Shown: piece by piece, positions 25,611-29,318 of the stretch
Layout: each line of letters starts with the position of its first letter
How positions within the stretch are numbered: position 1 is the stretch's first letter
IMG/VR virus record: IMGVR_UViG_2675903231_000002
DNA: 29,318 nt
Reading direction: 5' to 3' (one strand)
Source of the DNA: an uncultured virus (IMG/VR IMGVR_UViG_2675903231_000002)
Taxonomy: Duplodnaviria > Heunggongvirae > Uroviricota > Caudoviricetes
Notes under the pieces: generated by a model
The model's database searches: none
The model's input: the letters and a program-made list of their open reading frames with translations, nothing else
What the model was told of the DNA's origin: nothing
Made by a program: the position numbers and the translations under genes

Positions 25611-26877
25611 TTAGCCTCACCACCCCAGTAATGTCGTTGGCGCTGGCTGCCTGCACTTGTACCTCGTTCGCGGAAATCTGTGTTTGATTGGACAGCCCGG
25701 TTCCCGACACCACGCAATTGGTTAGATCAGGTCCGAAAATGTCGATGTATTGTCCTCCATCGGAGGTTGGGTACATCACAGCCGTTAACTCCTGGCTGCC
25801 ACCTGTCCAGGTGACGCTGAGGCTGTCACTTACTGCCAAAGCCTTATCGATTTGACCTTGAGGACCATAGTAGGCGACGTAGCTGTGAGACCCTGGGGTA
25901 CCACTGTTGACTAGATAAGTTACGGTGTCCCCGGACCCTGACCAAATGAGATACTGGCCCGTAGTGGTATCGTAGATGCCCACACCATTGGTACCATCTC
26001 CAGGAACGGAACTGCTGGCCGTCCACGTAACTGGGGTGTGAACGGGCACCGTCGCGGAGCCGTATTGCAATCCGCTTCCGTTTTTCCATCCCAGTGTCAC
26101 ACTGTACTGAGTGTCTCCAGACGGGTTGGCGACGAAATAGTATGTCGTGGATCCGTTGGCCGTGTTCACGGTGATCCGGCATTCGTCTCCAGGCCGAATC
26201 ACCTCGGTACCTCGGCCAAAGTTCTCGATGCCTGTTATGGTGATTTCATTATCCTTCCAGTCTCCGTAGGTTATCGCGAGTCCACTGGTATCCGATCCCG
26301 CTTGCCACCCCTGTGTGGTGTCCTCAAAAGTGAGGAAGTCTCCTGTTGTGGTCCCAGGAACACCATTGGGCGGAGCACCGAATCCGTAACCTTGGATATA
26401 CATAGCCAATTTCTGACCAGATATCTGCAGAGTGGTCTTCACCACACCGATTTTGTCCGGGGGCGTATCCGTTAAAACGGCTTGCAAACCGTTATGCAGG
26501 TAATCCAGGGCTTGAGTGCCTCCACGAGTAATCGGCATGGTGAGATCAAGACCGAATATCCTTTGAATCGGAGCGAGAATCGGCATGTGATATGTGACCG
26601 TCACGTTTACCTCTTGGTCTTGTTGCGCCTTTCTAACCGTGACATCCGTATTGGCGTCAAAACGTCCTCCGACAACAGGCAAAGCCGCTTGAATGTTTTG
26701 TGTTACAGCGGTTTTCACTGCATCCGTGTCGCTTGAAACAGCCGCTGCCGACAATCCTGCATCCACGGCCGCCTGCACCACGTCGGCCGTGTGCTCGAAC
26801 ATCAGAAAAAACACAACTGCATCCAGGCCCAATAAGGACACGACCATCCAAAATAGCCGGGTGATGAGGGTGGTCAT
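25570..26877 (-). CDS. TadE-like pilin with a large beta-rich (Ig-like) adhesin region
   Basis: TM helix plus QAAVDAGLSAA and VNVTVTY, followed by T/G/S-rich extracellular domains. Start re-assigned to ATG 26877. Confidence 0.72.
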   Translation of the reverse strand: MTTLITRLFWMVVSLLGLDAVVFFLMFEHTADVVQAAVDAGLSAAAVSSDTDAVKTAVTQNIQAALPVVGGRFDANTDVTVRKAQQDQEVNVTVTYHMPILAPIQRIFGLDLTMPITRGGTQALDYLHNGLQAVLTDTPPDKIGVVKTTLQISGQKLAMYIQGYGFGAPPNGVPGTTTGDFLTFEDTTQGWQAGSDTSGLAITYGDWKDNEITITGIENFGRGTEVIRPGDECRITVNTANGSTTYYFVANPSGDTQYSVTLGWKNGSGLQYGSATVPVHTPVTWTASSSVPGDGTNGVGIYDTTTGQYLIWSGSGDTVTYLVNSGTPGSHSYVAYYGPQGQIDKALAVSDSLSVTWTGGSQELTAVMYPTSDGGQYIDIFGPDLTNCVVSGTGLSNQTQISANEVQVQAASANDITGVVRLSDGTLVPFTAEAY

Positions 26878-26906
26878 CGCCGTACCCCCCTTCTCGCAAA
26901 CGGTGA

Positions 26907-27332
26907 TTACTGGCTGTACGGAACCCACTGTTCTGCCGCGCTGTTGACCGTTACGGTGATGCTGTCTGCCACCGTAAGGGTCGGACCAGCCCAGCCTATC
27001 ATCTCGGTGATGGCTCCAAACACCGGTACCTGATAGGTCACGGATACCCTTTGTTGTCCTTGGCCGAGATCCATCACTTGCACGTTTTGGTTGGCGTCGA
27101 AGAGGACCATACCGCCCAGTTCTGTCGGCAGTTGACTCTGAATCACACGCTGGGCTTTCGCGGTGACCTCAGAAGCAGAGGATCCGGTCTGAGCCACTTG
27201 CGCAGCCTGAAAACACGCGGTATCCACAACGGATACCGCGTGCGCCAACGGCAGGCCGATCACAAAAACCAGTACGATCAGCACGCACCAGAACCCTAAG
27301 GTCCACATCTTGGTCACGAATTCCTCGTCCAT
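26907..27332 (-). CDS. TadE-like pseudopilin
   Basis: TM helix, VDTACFQAAQVA and RVSVTYQVP. Confidence 0.72.
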   Translation of the reverse strand: MDEEFVTKMWTLGFWCVLIVLVFVIGLPLAHAVSVVDTACFQAAQVAQTGSSASEVTAKAQRVIQSQLPTELGGMVLFDANQNVQVMDLGQGQQRVSVTYQVPVFGAITEMIGWAGPTLTVADSITVTVNSAAEQWVPYSQ

Positions 27333-27344
27333 ATGCCCGACAAC

Positions 27345-27566
27345 TCAATAGTTGAAATTGTAGTTTTGGGACACGGTGTTCAAACTCGATCCTACGTGGT
27401 CCTTGACCAAAGCAATCGCCTGCGGTCCGAACACCATGATGACTCCCACGATCACTGCGACAAAAATCCAGCCGCGGCCGGTGATTTCCTCCAGACTAGC
27501 GCGGACTGACATGCCGCGCAGAAAGCACCGAAACTTCAACCGGTCGAAGAACCTGACCTGTGGCAC
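27345..27566 (-). CDS. Flp-like pilin 2
   Basis: GTG 27566 with SD AAAGGAG. Basic leader, VRA-SLEEI, then a hydrophobic helix. Similar to the neighbouring ORF. Confidence 0.7.
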   Translation of the reverse strand: MPQVRFFDRLKFRCFLRGMSVRASLEEITGRGWIFVAVIVGVIMVFGPQAIALVKDHVGSSLNTVSQNYNFNY

Positions 27567-27585
27567 ACTAGGCCAACTCCTTTCG

Positions 27586-27777
27586 CTACGGACTTTGGTA
27601 CTGCGACGAAACAGTGTTGGTCTCTGAACCCAGAGCATTCCGCACCGCATGGATGGTTGGGGGGCCCAACACCAACAACACTGTCACGATCGAGACCAGA
27701 AACCACCAAGATTTCGCTGGAATCTCTTCGAACGATCCCCGAACGTGACGCCGCTGTCTATAGTTGGACGGCCGCAT
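27586..27777 (-). CDS. Flp-like pilin 1
   Basis: Basic leader, VRG-SFEEI, hydrophobic helix and LGSETNTVS tail matching the paralog. Confidence 0.7.
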   Translation of the reverse strand: MRPSNYRQRRHVRGSFEEIPAKSWWFLVSIVTVLLVLGPPTIHAVRNALGSETNTVSSQYQSP

Positions 27778-28573
27778 TGCGAATCATCCCCCACACGAAC
27801 AACCCTACGTCCAGGATGAGCGGGGTGACAAAGAACATCAGGAACTTCATGTATACCCCCATCTTCGCTTGGCGCTGCTTTGATCCCAAGCGAAGGGCCT
27901 CCTGATGATTCAGCTCTTCAATCACGTGATTCAGACTCTCGGAGATCTTCGAACCGTATTTGGTTTGCATCAGCGCCTTGGCTACCACCTCCAGGTCTTC
28001 ACTGGGTGACTGCTGTGCGGCTACCTGCATCGCCTCCTCGAAAGTCATTTGACTCATCAATGCCCGTGTATCTCGGAGAATACGGCGCAAGTGACCTCGG
28101 AGATAAGTTTCCACCAGGCGCAAGGCCTGCTGGTAACTCACGCCCGCCTTGACATAGACCTGGAGCAAAAGAATAAACAGTCTCATTTCCGTGGCCACAC
28201 TTTTGGCCACAGTCCTTGCTTTTGCACGAACCTCCAACACGGGGTAGACAAATGCAATGGCACCCAGGATTAACGCAAGATACCAATTGTCCGCGAGCAA
28301 ACGAACAATCGCGGTCGCCGTAAGTCCAAGCAACCACTGCTGTCGTTCCAGGGTGGCGGGTGTGCGCTTGGAGCCCGCCTGTCTCAGCCAGCGTTCATAG
28401 GCGGGGTGCATCCGGGCCAGGGGCGATTTAAACGGTCGGTCCCTGGCCCTGCCGCGGGTTTGAAATGCCTCGCGGGTTTTTCGCTGCATGCGCTGCCGTT
28501 GCCGTTCGTTCCCCCACAGCCACGACAAGCCGGCAATGAAAATGAGAACTCCAACCAGAACCGCGGCCCGCAT
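27758..28573 (-). CDS. tadC: TadC / T2SS-F family pilus platform protein
   Basis: WLRQAG, VKAGVSYQQAL, FEEAM and YGSKISESL; TM pattern; SD AAGGAGGAG. Confidence 0.8.
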   Translation of the reverse strand: MRAAVLVGVLIFIAGLSWLWGNERQRQRMQRKTREAFQTRGRARDRPFKSPLARMHPAYERWLRQAGSKRTPATLERQQWLLGLTATAIVRLLADNWYLALILGAIAFVYPVLEVRAKARTVAKSVATEMRLFILLLQVYVKAGVSYQQALRLVETYLRGHLRRILRDTRALMSQMTFEEAMQVAAQQSPSEDLEVVAKALMQTKYGSKISESLNHVIEELNHQEALRLGSKQRQAKMGVYMKFLMFFVTPLILDVGLFVWGMIRNAAVQL

Positions 28574-28683
28574 GCCATCTCCTCCTTCCAGGCGTGATAT
28601 TTGATAAATCCATCCCTCTTACCATGCTTCCACACGTTTCGAGGCATAAAATGCAGAAACGATGCAATCTGGGTCGGGAACAC

Positions 28684-29190
28684 TTACTCGAGATTGGTGG
28701 TCTTGGCAACTTGCGAGACCCCGGTGAAGTACGAGATCAGTGTTATAACCAATCCGAACTGCATAGCCCCATGGATGTGGAGCGGTCGGTACCCCACCGT
28801 GGCCACGACTAAAATGGCGAGGAACAGTCCAATTGCGATGATTCGGTACATGGATATCTCTGAGAAAATAGCGTTTTGAGTCTGAATCTTGACAGCCAAT
28901 GCCTCGCGGATGTCCCTCCAGAGCTCGGTCAAACTCGCGTTGTAACGCTGTCCTTCATAGGTGAGCACCGCCAAGGTCTCGAATTCCCGAATACCTAATT
29001 CCTGAGCCCGAAGGATCATAGCCTTAGCAACATTGATGTTTCCAGGCGCCCTTCCCAATTCGTTGATGTATTGGAACTCGCGGCGTATCAGTGGCGACGT
29101 GGCCTCACGTTCGATCTCTGCGCACGCGTCCTCGATGGTGGCGGAATGCAGCACGTGGATGCCTGGATTAACGACATCCGTCAACAGGCG
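28684..29190 (-). pseudogene. tadB: TadB-like gene, 3' part only, interrupted by an IS
   Basis: T2SS-F-like C-terminal half (SPLIRREF...LRAQELGIREFETLA...LTEL). The recognisable homology stops at an IS-like terminus at ~29191 and there is no SD. Confidence 0.7.
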
Positions 29191-29318
29191 GGTAGTGTCC
29201 CGTCAAGTGGTGTAATTTCACCGTTTGTGTCTAATGTGTGACATCCATGGCTTTGTTCCGTCGCGGGAGTATATCGACCTTCGTCGCTCCGTCAAGGGGT
29301 GCTGCGCTCGTCCGGTCG
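29191..29318 (-). mobile_element. Right end of an IS256-family-like insertion sequence (continues beyond the window)
   Basis: The minus-strand end AATTACACCACTTGACGGGACACTACC matches the TTACAC...GACACTACC pattern I recall for IS256-family right ends. The transposase is not in the window. Confidence 0.7.
29268..29295 (-). promoter_or_regulatory. Outward-facing sigmaA-like promoter within the IS end
   Basis: TTGACG, a 16 bp spacer, then TATACT, pointing into the tad genes. Confidence 0.55.

Noticed and set aside
12332..26928. Extended N-termini given by the ORF track (13636, 14492, 16375, 18530, 19090, 24454, 26928)
   Set aside because: Most overlap upstream genes, and downstream starts have clear SDs and begin at the recognisable domain.
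28384..28683. 99-aa ORF bridging tadB and tadC as a frameshifted tadB extension
   Set aside because: The TadB C-terminus ends plausibly after its last TM helix, and the ORF overlaps tadC out of frame with no motif.
29170..29206. Hybrid promoter from TTGACG in the IS terminal repeat
   Set aside because: No -10-like hexamer 16-18 bp downstream in the target DNA.
253..29215. Numerous plus-strand ORFs, some long (e.g. 17202-18512, 8769-9707, 23306-24187, 5169-6029)
   Set aside because: They are antisense shadows of motif-bearing minus-strand genes in GC-rich DNA, with no recognisable motifs.

Overview
A 29.3 kb segment of what is probably a conjugative plasmid or ICE from a GC-rich Firmicute (Bacilli-type SD sequences; an Alicyclobacillus-like host is only a guess). 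All credible genes are on the minus strand, in two blocks. Block 1 (29190 to 19786) is the tail of a Tad/Flp pilus operon: tadB truncated by an IS256-like end, tadC, two Flp-like pilins, TadE/G-like proteins, a ParM-like actin, a polytopic GT-C-like membrane protein, a prepilin peptidase and an S1-domain protein, closed by an intrinsic terminator. Block 2 (19051 to 1) is a roughly 19 kb establishment/leading-region-type operon behind a single clear sigmaA promoter and a roughly 640 nt structured leader with a terminator/antiterminator. It encodes a CHC2 zinc finger, a Gp3-like protein, SSB, two DUF4258 proteins, a Rad50/SbcC-like ATPase, a YneA-like LysM protein, a beta clamp, a DUF6744/MoxR-AAA/VWA trio, an adenine methyltransferase, an SNF2-like helicase and a PRTRC-like E1/E2/Ubl-JAB ubiquitin module. 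The most striking unexplained signal is that about 10 gene junctions in block 2 contain alternating inverted repeats forming mutually exclusive hairpins that hide or expose the next ribosome-binding site. All calls come from reading the sequence and motifs by eye; no searches or folding calculations were run.
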